Shown here piece by piece: positions 55,446 through 64,000 of a DNA stretch of 64,000 bases (positions are counted from its first letter, which is position 1; every line of letters starts with the position of its first letter). Location of the stretch: the IMG/VR virus record IMGVR_UViG_2890388907_000005, positions 16,217 to 80,216 of that record, one strand, 5' to 3'. Below the pieces are notes generated by a model. That model did not search any database. It saw nothing but the letters and a program-made list of their open reading frames with translations, and was not told where the DNA came from. The stretch is from a virus. Its lineage: Duplodnaviria; Caudoviricetes. Both the position numbers and the translations under genes were made by a program.

Positions 55446-56089
55446 TGATGCACGATCCCGACGACAACGACCTCGATGATTTCCTGGTGGGCCTCAAGCT
55501 CGTGATGGAGCGGAGAGGGCTGAAGCCCGCTCCGCTGGCGATAGAGGCGGGCCTCGGGGTGACCGCGATCCGCGATCTTTACCGGCGGCGGTCCAGCCCC
55601 AAGGTCAGCACGGCCGAGGCGATCGCGCGTCAACTCGACATGGGGATCGACGAAATCATCGCCGCCGGCGCGCGGCGCGAGATGCCCAGCCGCCCGACAA
55701 CGCCGGTGGTGGGCCGGATCGCCGAAGGAGGGTGCGTCAAGGGGTTCGGCCACCAGATCGGACGCATCATGGAGCCCCAGCTGCTGCGGGGCGCTGATAT
55801 TGCTGCGCTTTTGGTGGCTGCGGACATCGGCCCCCTGCATCCCCATGGGTCGATTTTCGTCTTCGAGGTAGCGGCGGCGCCTGTCTCGGCCTACCCGGGC
55901 CGCGCCAGCGTCGTCGTCACCGGGGCGGGCCAAGTCCTGCTGGGGGCACCGCGGCGCGGCTCGAAGGCTGGACTATGGAATATCACCCCTCTGGTCAGCG
56001 GCGTGGATGCAGTCTGGGATGAGCGGATCAGGGCGGTGCACCCGATCCGGCTGACCCTGTTCCCGGACCTCGCGGAGATGATGCAATGA
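55445..56089 (+). CDS. CI-like repressor (HTH plus degenerate S24-like domain)
   Basis: LAIEAGLGVTAIRDL...SPKVSTAEAIARQL; PVVGRIAEG. Confidence 0.8.
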   Translation: MMHDPDDNDLDDFLVGLKLVMERRGLKPAPLAIEAGLGVTAIRDLYRRRSSPKVSTAEAIARQLDMGIDEIIAAGARREMPSRPTTPVVGRIAEGGCVKGFGHQIGRIMEPQLLRGADIAALLVAADIGPLHPHGSIFVFEVAAAPVSAYPGRASVVVTGAGQVLLGAPRRGSKAGLWNITPLVSGVDAVWDERIRAVHPIRLTLFPDLAEMMQ

Positions 56090-56238
56090 TCTATGCGGTT
56101 GCCTTGGCCACTCTGGTCGCCGGAGGCTATTTCGCCGGGCGCGCCGAGGCGGAGAAGCGGGCCTCGTTCACGAAGCTGGCGGGCGGTCTTCTGATCGTCG
56201 GGCTGATCTGCGCGGGAATCGCGGCGCCTGGGGTGTGA
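56086..56238 (+). CDS. 50-aa two-TM membrane protein coupled to the repressor (absent from ORF track)
   Basis: MIYAVALATLVAGGYFAG...LAGGLLIVGLICAGIAAPGV; ATGA overlap; GGAG upstream. Confidence 0.65.
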   Translation: MIYAVALATLVAGGYFAGRAEAEKRASFTKLAGGLLIVGLICAGIAAPGV

Positions 56239-56246
56239 TCCCCGAC

Positions 56247-56299
56247 TTGTGCAGTTGCACAACTTTTTGCTTGAAATGGGGCTTTTGCCCCAATAAGGT
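56247..56299 (+). promoter_or_regulatory. Early rightward promoter with operators
   Basis: TTGAAA-17-TAAGGT (56271-56299) with TGGGGC-TTTT-GCCCCA in the spacer; TTGTGC-AGTT-GCACAA at 56247-56262. Confidence 0.8.
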
Positions 56300-56326
56300 C
56301 TGACGCATCTCATCCAGAGGTGCGTC

Positions 56327-56449
56327 ATGCTTTCCCGTATCGCTGCCACCGCGCTTTGCGCGGCGCTTCTTCTCGCCCTCCATGATGCCCCGGCGCGCGT
56401 CGCCTCGGCCGCTCATGACGCCGCATCTGCGGGGTGCGGGGCATGCTGA
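56327..56449 (+). CDS. 40-aa peptide with signal-peptide-like N-terminus
   Basis: GAGGTG RBS; MLSRIAATALCAALLLAL. Confidence 0.5.
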   Translation: MLSRIAATALCAALLLALHDAPARVASAAHDAASAGCGAC

Positions 56450-56670
56450 CCGAAACCGTCAGCCCGCTTGTTTCACTGTCCGAGCGGGCCAACTCCCCTG
56501 CGGAAGCCAAAGGCCCGCAGGGGCTTTCTATTGGCCGCAACGCCGACGCCTTCGCCCGCATGAACCGCGCGCGACTGGCGGCCCGGTGGCGCGCCCTCGC
56601 CATCGTCTGGGCCGGGGGCGCGGCGATCTGCCTCACCGTCGCCATCAACGTCGCCGCACGGGTGTTCTGA
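56443..56670 (+). CDS. Hypothetical protein with C-terminal TM helix
   Basis: Overlaps upstream stop; hydrophobic C-terminus. Confidence 0.55.
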   Translation: MLTETVSPLVSLSERANSPAEAKGPQGLSIGRNADAFARMNRARLAARWRALAIVWAGGAAICLTVAINVAARVF

Positions 56671-56735
56671 TGGCGCGCTGGCTGATCCCCCTCGCGATTG
56701 CCGGCGTCACGATCTGGCTGGTCTGGCTGGCATGA
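56670..56735 (+). CDS. 21-aa hydrophobic peptide
   Basis: MARWLIPLAIAGVTIWLVWLA; TGATG upstream and ATGA downstream coupling. Confidence 0.45.
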   Translation: MARWLIPLAIAGVTIWLVWLA

Positions 56736-57115
56736 TCCGGCAGCCGACGCCCATGGCGGTGCTTTATGCGTGGCACCGCGCCGCGCTGGCCGGGGAGGCG
56801 CCGCCCATCCATGAGGGGATGCCCGAAGCGGGCTGGTATCGCTGCAGGCTGACCAAGGGCGGGCCGTGGGTGCCGGTGGAGATCCGCGTCGAACGGGTGA
56901 TCTGCCCGGACAGCGGCGAACTTCTCGAACCGGAGCGGCTTGTCGCGATCTGCGATGGGGACAGGCGCGATCCGGCCCGGCTCTGGACATACCTGACCCC
57001 GATCAGTCGCGCCGAACATGCGGATCTGCTGCGCCGGCGCGACCTGATCCCTTCCATGGCGGCGACCCTCGCCCCCGTCTCAACCTCCACCCTCCACACG
57101 ATGAGGCCACGATGA
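56732..57115 (+). CDS. Hypothetical phage protein
   Basis: PEAGWYRCRLTKGGPWVPVEI; ATGA coupling. Confidence 0.75.
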   Translation: MIRQPTPMAVLYAWHRAALAGEAPPIHEGMPEAGWYRCRLTKGGPWVPVEIRVERVICPDSGELLEPERLVAICDGDRRDPARLWTYLTPISRAEHADLLRRRDLIPSMAATLAPVSTSTLHTMRPR

Positions 57116-57849
57116 CAGAGCCTGACGCCCCCGCACCGCAGGGACACAATCGCCCCCCGCCCTTCGACGCCGAAAAACGGGAAGCCGCACTCACCCGGGC
57201 AAGGGAGATCGCCGACACCGCCGGGGCCTGGCTGGATCTGAGCCAGATCGAGACCGAGGCGCAGAGCCAGATGCTGACCGACTTCGTCGCCGGCGCCCGC
57301 GCCGTCCAGAAGGAGATCGACGCGGAACGGGTGGCACAGAAGCGGCCGCATGATGATGCGGCAAACGCGGTGCAGGAGGCCTATCGACTGCCCCTCGACA
57401 TCCTGAAACGGGTGCTGGACCGGGCGAAGCAGCTGCAGGGCGACTGGTTGATCCGCGAGCGGCGGAGGCTGGAGGAAGAACAGCGCGCGGCACGGATCGA
57501 GGCCGAACGCATCGCCGCCGAGGCGCGGGCGGCGGAAGCGCGGAGCATCGCCGCCAACGACCTTGCCGGCCTCGCCGAGGCCGAGGCGAACCGGGCCGCT
57601 GCGGAGAAGGCGGAGAAGGCGGCGGCGCGCGAGGTGAAGGCCAAGGCCGGTTCCTATACCGGCGGCGGCCGAACGATGTCGCTGCGCACCCAGAAGTTCG
57701 CCGAGATCGAGAACCCGCGCGCCGTCTTCATGCACTTCCAGAGCGATCCGGCCGTCATCGACCTGCTGCAGCGGCTCGCCACCGCCGCGATCCGGCGCGG
57801 GGAGAATGTCCCCGGCGCGAAATCGGTGGACCGTGAGGTGGCGGCATGA
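57112..57849 (+). CDS. Coiled-coil protein of the recombination module
   Basis: GHNRPPP start; long coiled coil; C-terminal IRRGENVPG. Confidence 0.75.
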   Translation: MTEPDAPAPQGHNRPPPFDAEKREAALTRAREIADTAGAWLDLSQIETEAQSQMLTDFVAGARAVQKEIDAERVAQKRPHDDAANAVQEAYRLPLDILKRVLDRAKQLQGDWLIRERRRLEEEQRAARIEAERIAAEARAAEARSIAANDLAGLAEAEANRAAAEKAEKAAAREVKAKAGSYTGGGRTMSLRTQKFAEIENPRAVFMHFQSDPAVIDLLQRLATAAIRRGENVPGAKSVDREVAA

Positions 57850-59090
57850 GCGGGGCCATCGAACAGGTCAAACAGCAGCCGCTGCGGCAGGTGAAATCGG
57901 TGCAGCATCTGCTGTGGAACGATCAGGCCAAGAACCAGCTTGCCTCTGTCGCGGCGAAGCACATGAACCCGGAGCGGATGATGCGGATCGTCGCGAACGC
58001 GATCCGCACGACGCCGAAGCTGCAGGCCTGCGACCCGATGAGTTTCCTCGGGGCACTGATGCAGTGTGCGTCTCTTGGGCTGGAGCCCAACTCAGCCCTC
58101 GGTCACGCCTACCTGATCCCCTTCGAGAACAAGAAGAAGGGGATTGTCGAGGTGCAGTTGGTCATCGGCTATAAGGGGCTGATCGACCTGGCCCGCCGCA
58201 GCGGGCAACTGGCCGCAATCCATGGCGATGTCGTCTATGACGACGACGAGTTGTTCAGCCACGAATATGGCTCCAACCAGCATCTGCGGCACCGCCCCGG
58301 CCCGCGCAACGGCAAGATGATCGGTGCCTACTGCTATGCCAAGCTGAACCTTGGCGATGGCTGCACCGCTGAAGGCCACCGCTTCTTGACCCGCGACGAG
58401 ATCATCCGGCATCGCAACCAGTATTCGCAGGGCTGGAAGACGGCGGTGCGGTTCGGGAAGACCGCTGACAGCCCTTGGGACGAGGCGAACCCGGCCTTCG
58501 AGGCGATGGCGATCAAGACCGCGGTTCGCATGATGGCGAACCGCGGCGAGTTGCCGATGTCGATCGAATTCATGGCGGCCGACGCGGTCGATGAGAGTCG
58601 CGCCGACTACAGCGCCTTCGCTATGGACCCCACAATCGGTTCAGCGCCGATCGAGGGCGAGATTGTCGAGGAACCGGAGGAGCGCAAGCCGGAAGCGATC
58701 TCGCACCGTCAGACCAACGATCAGCCCTTCGACACCCGAGGCGAGGCCCGCCCGGTGCAGGAGACAGCGCCGAAGCCGGCGGCCAAGCCGGCGAAGCGGG
58801 AAAGGTCGGGCCAGCCCTACGCAAACGCGACCGCACCGGCGGAGCGGGACGAGGGGCAGGCCCTCATGTTCGACCATGAGACGCAAACGGCCAAGACGGT
58901 TGTCGTGAAGCCCGACCACAGCACCAACCCCTTCGCGATGACTGTCCTGCGGGACGTCGCCGACATGGGCTGGGACGAGGCGGTGGGGTTCCACGGCGAA
59001 GAACTCGCGCGGCTCGCCGACAGCAAGCCAGATCTGCACCGCTACATCCTCGCCGAGGCGCGCGCCATCGACGACACGGTCCCGCAATAG
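57846..59090 (+). CDS. recT: RecT single-strand annealing protein
   Basis: LGLEPNSALGHAYLIPF, QLVIGYKGLIDLARRSG, MAIKTAVR. Confidence 0.95.
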   Translation: MSGAIEQVKQQPLRQVKSVQHLLWNDQAKNQLASVAAKHMNPERMMRIVANAIRTTPKLQACDPMSFLGALMQCASLGLEPNSALGHAYLIPFENKKKGIVEVQLVIGYKGLIDLARRSGQLAAIHGDVVYDDDELFSHEYGSNQHLRHRPGPRNGKMIGAYCYAKLNLGDGCTAEGHRFLTRDEIIRHRNQYSQGWKTAVRFGKTADSPWDEANPAFEAMAIKTAVRMMANRGELPMSIEFMAADAVDESRADYSAFAMDPTIGSAPIEGEIVEEPEERKPEAISHRQTNDQPFDTRGEARPVQETAPKPAAKPAKRERSGQPYANATAPAERDEGQALMFDHETQTAKTVVVKPDHSTNPFAMTVLRDVADMGWDEAVGFHGEELARLADSKPDLHRYILAEARAIDDTVPQ

Positions 59091-59183
59091 CCCCTGCCGC
59101 CTCCGCAGGGGCTGCCCGCCGGTGTTTGCCACCACTCCGCCGGCGGGCGCCTTCCTTCCACCACCGAACCAAAAGGAGTTTCC

Positions 59184-59618
59184 ATGTTCGGCCTGCTCAA
59201 GAAGAAAAGCGAAGAAGCCGTCCGCAAGATGTCGGGACGCACCGACTTCCTCGAAGCGGTCTGCGCCGCCGCCGCGCTTGTCGCCGCGGCTGATGGCGAA
59301 ATCGAAGACGGGGAGATCGCGGCCACGATCAAGGCGGTCGGCGCCAACAAGGCCCTGTCCAGTGCTTTCGACCAGAAGACCATCGAAAGCACGATGGAGC
59401 GAATGCTGCAGCGCGCCGGCGGCGGCCGCGTCGGCCGGTCCGGCCTGTGGACCGAGATCGAGGATGTGCTGAAAGACGCGGACATGGCCAACGCGGTCGT
59501 GCTGACCGCGCTCGACGTGGCCGAGGGCGACGGGGAGATCGAGCCGGCCGAAAAGGTCGTGCTGGAACGGCTGGCGAAGATCGCGTCCGTCGATCTGAAC
59601 CGGCTGATGGCGGCATGA
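59184..59618 (+). CDS. terB: TerB family protein
   Basis: LVAAADGEIEDGE; DVAEGDGEIEPAEKVVL; AAGGAG RBS. Confidence 0.88.
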   Translation: MFGLLKKKSEEAVRKMSGRTDFLEAVCAAAALVAAADGEIEDGEIAATIKAVGANKALSSAFDQKTIESTMERMLQRAGGGRVGRSGLWTEIEDVLKDADMANAVVLTALDVAEGDGEIEPAEKVVLERLAKIASVDLNRLMAA

Positions 59619-59761
59619 GGGCGGTGACGACAGGCACGATTGCCGCCGTGGTGGCGGCGATCGTGGTCCTGCAGGTCGTTGTGCCCGCCACGCTCGACCT
59701 GATGCTGTCGGTCGCGCTGATCGGCGCCAGCGCCTATGCCGGCTACCGCGTTCGCGGCTGA
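59615..59761 (+). CDS. Small two-TM membrane protein coupled to terB
   Basis: ATGA overlap; hydrophobic, 48 aa. Confidence 0.6.
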   Translation: MRAVTTGTIAAVVAAIVVLQVVVPATLDLMLSVALIGASAYAGYRVRG

Positions 59762-59826
59762 CGCATCGCCAGAGCCGCCCCGCGCGGGCGGCTCCCCCAT
59801 GCGCCAACCGACATTGGAGACTCGAC

Positions 59827-60153
59827 GTGCCCATCAACGACGAAGACATCAAGACTTTGGTCCTGAACAGCAGCGACAAGGACATGCCCCAAGGCTTCTG
59901 GCTGACCCGCTACCACGACCACAACGGCGGCTGGCAATGTATCCGCGTCGAGATCCACGGTGGTCCGACCAAGCTGTTCTCGGCCAACTCGGGCAGCGCA
60001 TACGGTCGCGGCTACCCTTGGCATGTGCCTTTTGACCTCGGCAAGGAAGCCGAGGAGAAGGTCCACAAGCTGATCGCCCGGATCGCGCAGGCGACGCGCG
60101 AGCGGATCGCCAGCGAGAAAGCCGACGCAATCGCCATGCTGGACCGGCTCTGA
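59827..60153 (+). CDS. Hypothetical protein
   Basis: GGAG RBS; protein-like composition. Confidence 0.65.
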   Translation: MPINDEDIKTLVLNSSDKDMPQGFWLTRYHDHNGGWQCIRVEIHGGPTKLFSANSGSAYGRGYPWHVPFDLGKEAEEKVHKLIARIAQATRERIASEKADAIAMLDRL

Positions 60154-60155
60154 CC

Positions 60156-60350
60156 ATGCACGACCTGCCCACCTCCATCAACGACGCCCGTGAGGAACAG
60201 ATCGAGCTGCGCCGGCCCAACTGGATCGGCGGCGTTCCGACTGCCGCCGATCTGAATGCGGTGGACCGGCACGTCGCCATCGCACTGCGGATCGACTTGG
60301 CCACCGTCCTGGCGGTGCCGCGCCGCCGCTGGTTCGAGGTGGTGGGCTGA
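60156..60350 (+). CDS. Hypothetical protein
   Basis: Tight operon spacing. Confidence 0.55.
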   Translation: MHDLPTSINDAREEQIELRRPNWIGGVPTAADLNAVDRHVAIALRIDLATVLAVPRRRWFEVVG

Positions 60351-60727
60351 TGTCGCGCCGCAGCCTCAGCAAGGGCCAGCGCATCGACGTTCTCGCCGCG
60401 GCAAGCGGGGTCTGCCACATCTGCGGCGACCGCATCAATCCGGTGCGCGAGCGGTGGGAGGTGGAGCATGTGATCCCTCTCGCCCTGGGCGGATCCGACG
60501 ACGTCGAGAACATGCGGCCCGCACATCGCGCCTGTCACGCCGGGAAGACGCGCCGCGACGTGGGCGTGATCGCCAAGGCGAAACGGGTGGCACAGAAGCA
60601 TGCGGGCACCTTCCGGCCGGCGCGGCACAAGCTGCCGCCCTCGCGCCCGCTGCCCGGGACCAAGGCCTCCGGCCTGCGCAAGAAACTGAACGGCTCGTTC
60701 GAGCCGCATCCCACGAGGACGCGATGA
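60350..60727 (+). CDS. HNH endonuclease
   Basis: CHICG...EHVIPLALGGSDDVENMRPAHRACHAGKT. Confidence 0.9.
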   Translation: MSRRSLSKGQRIDVLAAASGVCHICGDRINPVRERWEVEHVIPLALGGSDDVENMRPAHRACHAGKTRRDVGVIAKAKRVAQKHAGTFRPARHKLPPSRPLPGTKASGLRKKLNGSFEPHPTRTR

Positions 60728-60984
60728 CCACTCAAGACACCGACGCCGCCTACAATGTCACCGCCGACGAATTGCGCCAGTTCATCGAGCAGTATGAACA
60801 GCTGGAGGCGGAGAAGAAGGACATCACCGAACAGCAGAAGGACGTCATGTCCGAGGCGAAGGCCCGGGGCTATGACACCAAGGTGCTGAAGAAGATCATC
60901 GCGCTGCGCGCCCGCGACAAAAACGATGTCGCCGAGGAGGAGGCGATCCTCGACCTCTATAAAGCCGCACTGGGGATGTCGTGA
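60724..60984 (+). CDS. gapR: DUF2312/GapR family DNA-binding protein
   Basis: ADELRQFIEQYEQLEAEKKDI...EAKARGYDTKVLKKII...LYKAALGM. Confidence 0.9.
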   Translation: MTTQDTDAAYNVTADELRQFIEQYEQLEAEKKDITEQQKDVMSEAKARGYDTKVLKKIIALRARDKNDVAEEEAILDLYKAALGMS

Positions 60985-61559
60985 TGCGAGGACGCCAGAA
61001 GCCCTGCGGGACGTGCGGGATCTGCCCGGCCGCCGCCGCGATCGCATGGAACCAGTTCGATCTGGGCCTCAACGCGGTCGCCGCGTGGGTCGGATCGTCC
61101 CGAACCTCTCTGGTGCGCGCCGCCGAGGCCTACGGGTTCCCGGGACGCAGGAAGCCTGTTACCCCCCGGCTCTCCGTTCGCGAGATCAGTCGGCTGTGGG
61201 GGGACGAGACGATACCCGTGGCCGAGGCCGCGGCCCGCGCGGGGATTTCGTCGCGCTGCCTCTACGTCCGCGCCAAACGGCTTGGGCTCCCCCCCCGGCG
61301 GGGAGGGCCGAAGTCGAAGGTGAGGTGGCCCGACGATTTCGACGCGATGTGGGCCGCAGGAGTCCTGGGCAAGGAGATCGCTGCCGCGGCGATCCCGCCG
61401 GCACACACCTCGCAGGTGGCGTCAGAGGTGCGGCGGCGCGGGCTGAAGCGGCGCGGGTGCGGGCCGAACCCGGAGGGGATCACCCTGCTGGCCTATCGGA
61501 TGCGGCAGGTCGCGGCGGCCGAGCGCGCCGCGTTCAAGGCACTGCAGGAGGCGGCATGA
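60984..61559 (+). CDS. Hypothetical protein with repeated HTH-like units
   Basis: Three repeats ending A..YGFP / AKRLGLP / RRRGLK. Confidence 0.65.
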   Translation: MRGRQKPCGTCGICPAAAAIAWNQFDLGLNAVAAWVGSSRTSLVRAAEAYGFPGRRKPVTPRLSVREISRLWGDETIPVAEAAARAGISSRCLYVRAKRLGLPPRRGGPKSKVRWPDDFDAMWAAGVLGKEIAAAAIPPAHTSQVASEVRRRGLKRRGCGPNPEGITLLAYRMRQVAAAERAAFKALQEAA

Positions 61560-61756
61560 AGCTCACCCCCCCGGCCTCCATCGAGCGCATCGCCCGGGCC
61601 CTTCAGGTTGTCGCCTGTCTGGCCGAGAAGGACCACGTCTACGTCCCCATCTTCGAGCGGCTGGATGGCGAGTTGCAGGCGCTTGAGGAGCTGGCGCAGC
61701 GGAATGACCCCGTCGCCAGGGTCCGCGCGCGCCTAAAGCGCGATCTTCTTCAATAG
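61556..61756 (+). CDS. Small protein convergent with the integrase
   Basis: AGGAGG RBS; YVPIFERLDGEL; overlaps the integrase 3' end by 24 nt. Confidence 0.65.
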   Translation: MKLTPPASIERIARALQVVACLAEKDHVYVPIFERLDGELQALEELAQRNDPVARVRARLKRDLLQ

Positions 61757-63010
61757 GCGGTGGAGATGTTCGAGATTGGCACCGGCGCCATAGCGTTCCC
61801 GCTTGAGACTGTGGCCCATCAGGTCGGCCTTGATCCGTTCGTCGAAGCCGGCGGCGAGCATGCGGTCCTCGAAGGAATGCCTCAGACTGTAGAGGCTGTG
61901 GTCATCGGTCGGCAGCAGCTTGTTCTCGCGCAGGAACTTGTTCACCGTCGCGGAGAGGGAGGCGCTGTTGGTGCCGTAGCGGGGAAAGCCCTGTGGAAAG
62001 GCCTTGAAGGCCTCGAGGCTCACCCCGGTCAGCGGGATCACGCGCCGCGCGTTCGGCGTCTTCAGCTGGCGGCCGTTCGGCTCGATGCGGATATGGGGGA
62101 CGCGGTCGGCCAACCGGATCTGGTCGGGGCCGAGCGAGGCACCCTCGCTGGGTCGGTAGCCGGTGTTCACCATGCCCAGCAGGATCGCCCGCGCCTCGGG
62201 GTTCAGCCCGTCCAGTGCACCCTTCTTCAGCAGGGTCTCCCGCAGGAAGGTCACGCTGAACGGCGGCCGGGTTCCGGGATCGCTGTCCTTGATCATCAGG
62301 CGGTCGGTCTTGAACTGCAGCTCGATTTCCTCGGCCGCGGCGACCTCGCGGATCACGGAAAGCAGGTGGATCATGTCCTTGTTGGCGCTGTTCGGGGTCA
62401 GACCCTCGGCTGTCATCCGGTCCACCCACCACTGCTTGAACTGGTGGAGATCGCGGGTGGTGATGTCGGCGACGACGGGGTCATGGCCGATCACCTCGAC
62501 GAAGTTGGCGACCGCCTTCTTGCGCGGGTTCTCCCATCGCCGCACCTGATCCGCGCTTTTTCCGATCCTCTTCTCCGCCGCCACCTTCCAGTATCGTTCG
62601 AGCGCCTTGGTGACGGTGAGACGCGGCGGCTTCGCCCCGCCCAGCAGGGCTTCGGCCTCGGCGATGTCGAGCCGGCCCTTCGAGGTCACCACCGCCTCGA
62701 CCCGGTCCAGCAACTCGGGCAGGGGCAGGCGGGCCACCTCGGCGGCGGAGAGGAAGCGGTAGCCGCGCTTCGCGGCCAGGTTCCGCGCCGCCGCCATCCG
62801 GTTCGCGGCGTCGTCGCCGCGCCCCTCCAGTTTCGCTTCCCAGGCCTCGATCATGTCGGTCCAGACCGCGGGGGCCTTCCGTCTGGCGATCTCGGGGGAG
62901 TCGGTGTGCAGCGAGATCCAGACATAGTCCCGGTCTTCGACATCGCGATAGCGGCGCGGGACGCGCTTGCGGATGTGATAGGTGCTGCCACGCAGAATTG
63001 GATCGCTCAT
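61733..63010 (-). CDS. int: Tyrosine integrase
   Basis: TGYRPSE, LKT, YSLRHSF, LMGH...Y; N-terminal RGSTYHIRKRVP arm-binding-like domain. Confidence 0.93.
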   Translation of the reverse strand: MSDPILRGSTYHIRKRVPRRYRDVEDRDYVWISLHTDSPEIARRKAPAVWTDMIEAWEAKLEGRGDDAANRMAAARNLAAKRGYRFLSAAEVARLPLPELLDRVEAVVTSKGRLDIAEAEALLGGAKPPRLTVTKALERYWKVAAEKRIGKSADQVRRWENPRKKAVANFVEVIGHDPVVADITTRDLHQFKQWWVDRMTAEGLTPNSANKDMIHLLSVIREVAAAEEIELQFKTDRLMIKDSDPGTRPPFSVTFLRETLLKKGALDGLNPEARAILLGMVNTGYRPSEGASLGPDQIRLADRVPHIRIEPNGRQLKTPNARRVIPLTGVSLEAFKAFPQGFPRYGTNSASLSATVNKFLRENKLLPTDDHSLYSLRHSFEDRMLAAGFDERIKADLMGHSLKRERYGAGANLEHLHRLLKKIAL

Positions 63011-63167
63011 GTGGGATTTGTGCCCCATAAATTGCGCCACGGCAATGGGAGGCAAATTGAGCAGCACGATGAGCAGCAAAACCGCCAGATCGGCGCCCGC
63101 CGGCGAGGCGGAAACAAAGGGAATCCAATGATGACAGGGGTTTACGAGGGCGGCGGGGCCGGAAAAA

Positions 63168-63257
63168 TGGCGGACAGAGAGGGATTCGAACCCTCGAGAC
63201 GGTTCCCCGCCTACACACTTTCCAGGCGTGCGCCTTCGACCACTCGGCCATCTGTCC
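63168..63257 (-). tRNA. tRNA-Ser (anticodon GGA), probable integration site
   Basis: GGACAGATGGCCGAGTGG...CCT-GGA-AA...long variable arm...GGTTCGAATCCC...CCA, 90 nt. Confidence 0.97.
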
Positions 63258-63427
63258 GTGGGGGGCTGTCTACACGCGGCGGCGGCGGGGGCGCAAGGGG
63301 GGAAGCGCGGCGCGGGAGGCTGCCGCGATCCTGCGGTGGGGCGGGTCGGGGGCCAGCCTGCCCCGGCGCCCGGTCCGGCGGGAACGGCGGGCGCTGCCCC
63401 CTGCCCCGCCGGTCCTCGCGCCGTCCG

Positions 63428-64000
63428 TCAGCGGGTGACGGTGACGCTCTCCATCCAGTCGGGATCGTCCACCGCGCCATTGGCCGAGGCCGCGCCCTTG
63501 CGGATCGCGTCCACGACCTCCATGCCCGAGATCACCCGGCCGACGACGGTGTACTGGCCGTTCAGGAACTCGCCCGGGGCGAACATGATGAAGAACTGGC
63601 TGTTGGCCGAGTCGGGGCTCTGCGACCGCGCCATGCCGACGACGCCGCGGTCGAAGGAGATGTCGGAGAATTCCGCCGGCAGGTCGGGCCGATCCGACCC
63701 GCCCATCCCGGCGCGGGCGGTGTCGCCGTCGCGCTTGCCGAACTGCACGTCGCCGGTCTGGGCCATGAAGCCGTCGATCACCCGGTGGAAGACGACGCCG
63801 TCATAGGCGCCCGCCTCGGCCAGCGCGGTCAGCTGTTCCACATGCTTCGGCGCCACATCGGGCAGCAGGTCGATGACGATCTCCCCCGTGACGCCGCCGC
63901 CCGTCTCGATCACGAGGTTCGGGCCGGGGCCGTCCTCCTGCGCGAGCGCGGGCATGGCGACTGCGGCGAGGCCCGCCGCGAGGATCAGCTTACGCGACAT
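63428..64000 (-). CDS. Host cyclophilin-type peptidyl-prolyl isomerase with signal peptide
   Basis: [31 protein letters not shown]. Confidence 0.95.
   Translation of the reverse strand: MSRKLILAAGLAAVAMPALAQEDGPGPNLVIETGGGVTGEIVIDLLPDVAPKHVEQLTALAEAGAYDGVVFHRVIDGFMAQTGDVQFGKRDGDTARAGMGGSDRPDLPAEFSDISFDRGVVGMARSQSPDSANSQFFIMFAPGEFLNGQYTVVGRVISGMEVVDAIRKGAASANGAVDDPDWMESVTVTR

Larger units (their letters stand above)
1..63167. mobile_element. Temperate podovirus-like prophage integrated at tRNA-Ser; left end probably outside the window
   Basis: Integrase next to a tRNA 3' end, plus cI/cro switch, replication, terminase, portal, capsid, tail and lysis modules. No tape-measure or sheath gene recognised. 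No second copy of the tRNA 3' end seen. Confidence 0.93.

Noticed and set aside
62481-63251. 256-aa minus-strand ORF starting inside the tRNA
   Set aside because: Translation of the tRNA plus an off-frame integrase sequence.

Overview
About 63 kb of this window is a high-GC temperate podovirus-like prophage. The host is probably an alphaproteobacterium (inferred from a GapR/DUF2312 homolog and the gene content). The prophage is integrated at the 3' end of a tRNA-Ser(GGA) (63168-63257, minus strand), and a host cyclophilin gene lies beyond it. The other att end is not seen, so the element probably continues past position 1. From right to left the modules are: tyrosine integrase; early operon (RecT, TerB, HNH, GapR-like); cI/cro switch with visible operators; replication; DNA-modification cluster (Dam, PAPS-reductase-like, GP88-like, MT-A70); an RHH-regulated mini-module; terminase, portal, scaffold, CsrA-like gene and N4-gp56-type capsid; tail and ejection proteins; a 4625-aa DarB-like polyvalent protein; lysis cassette; a second fibre gene; and a convergent accessory cluster (two-frame C5 methyltransferase, Gp37/Gp68, Mom-like). 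Three observations stand out. (1) A phage CsrA-like gene occurs together with four ATAGGAnGTG motifs, most in clear hairpins, in late-gene leaders behind promoter-like sites, suggesting a phage-encoded post-transcriptional regulon. (2) Protein-like small genes are nested in the +1 frame inside linkers of the giant protein. (3) The C5 methyltransferase motifs are split between two overlapping frames. All family calls come from motif recognition by eye; no database searches were run.
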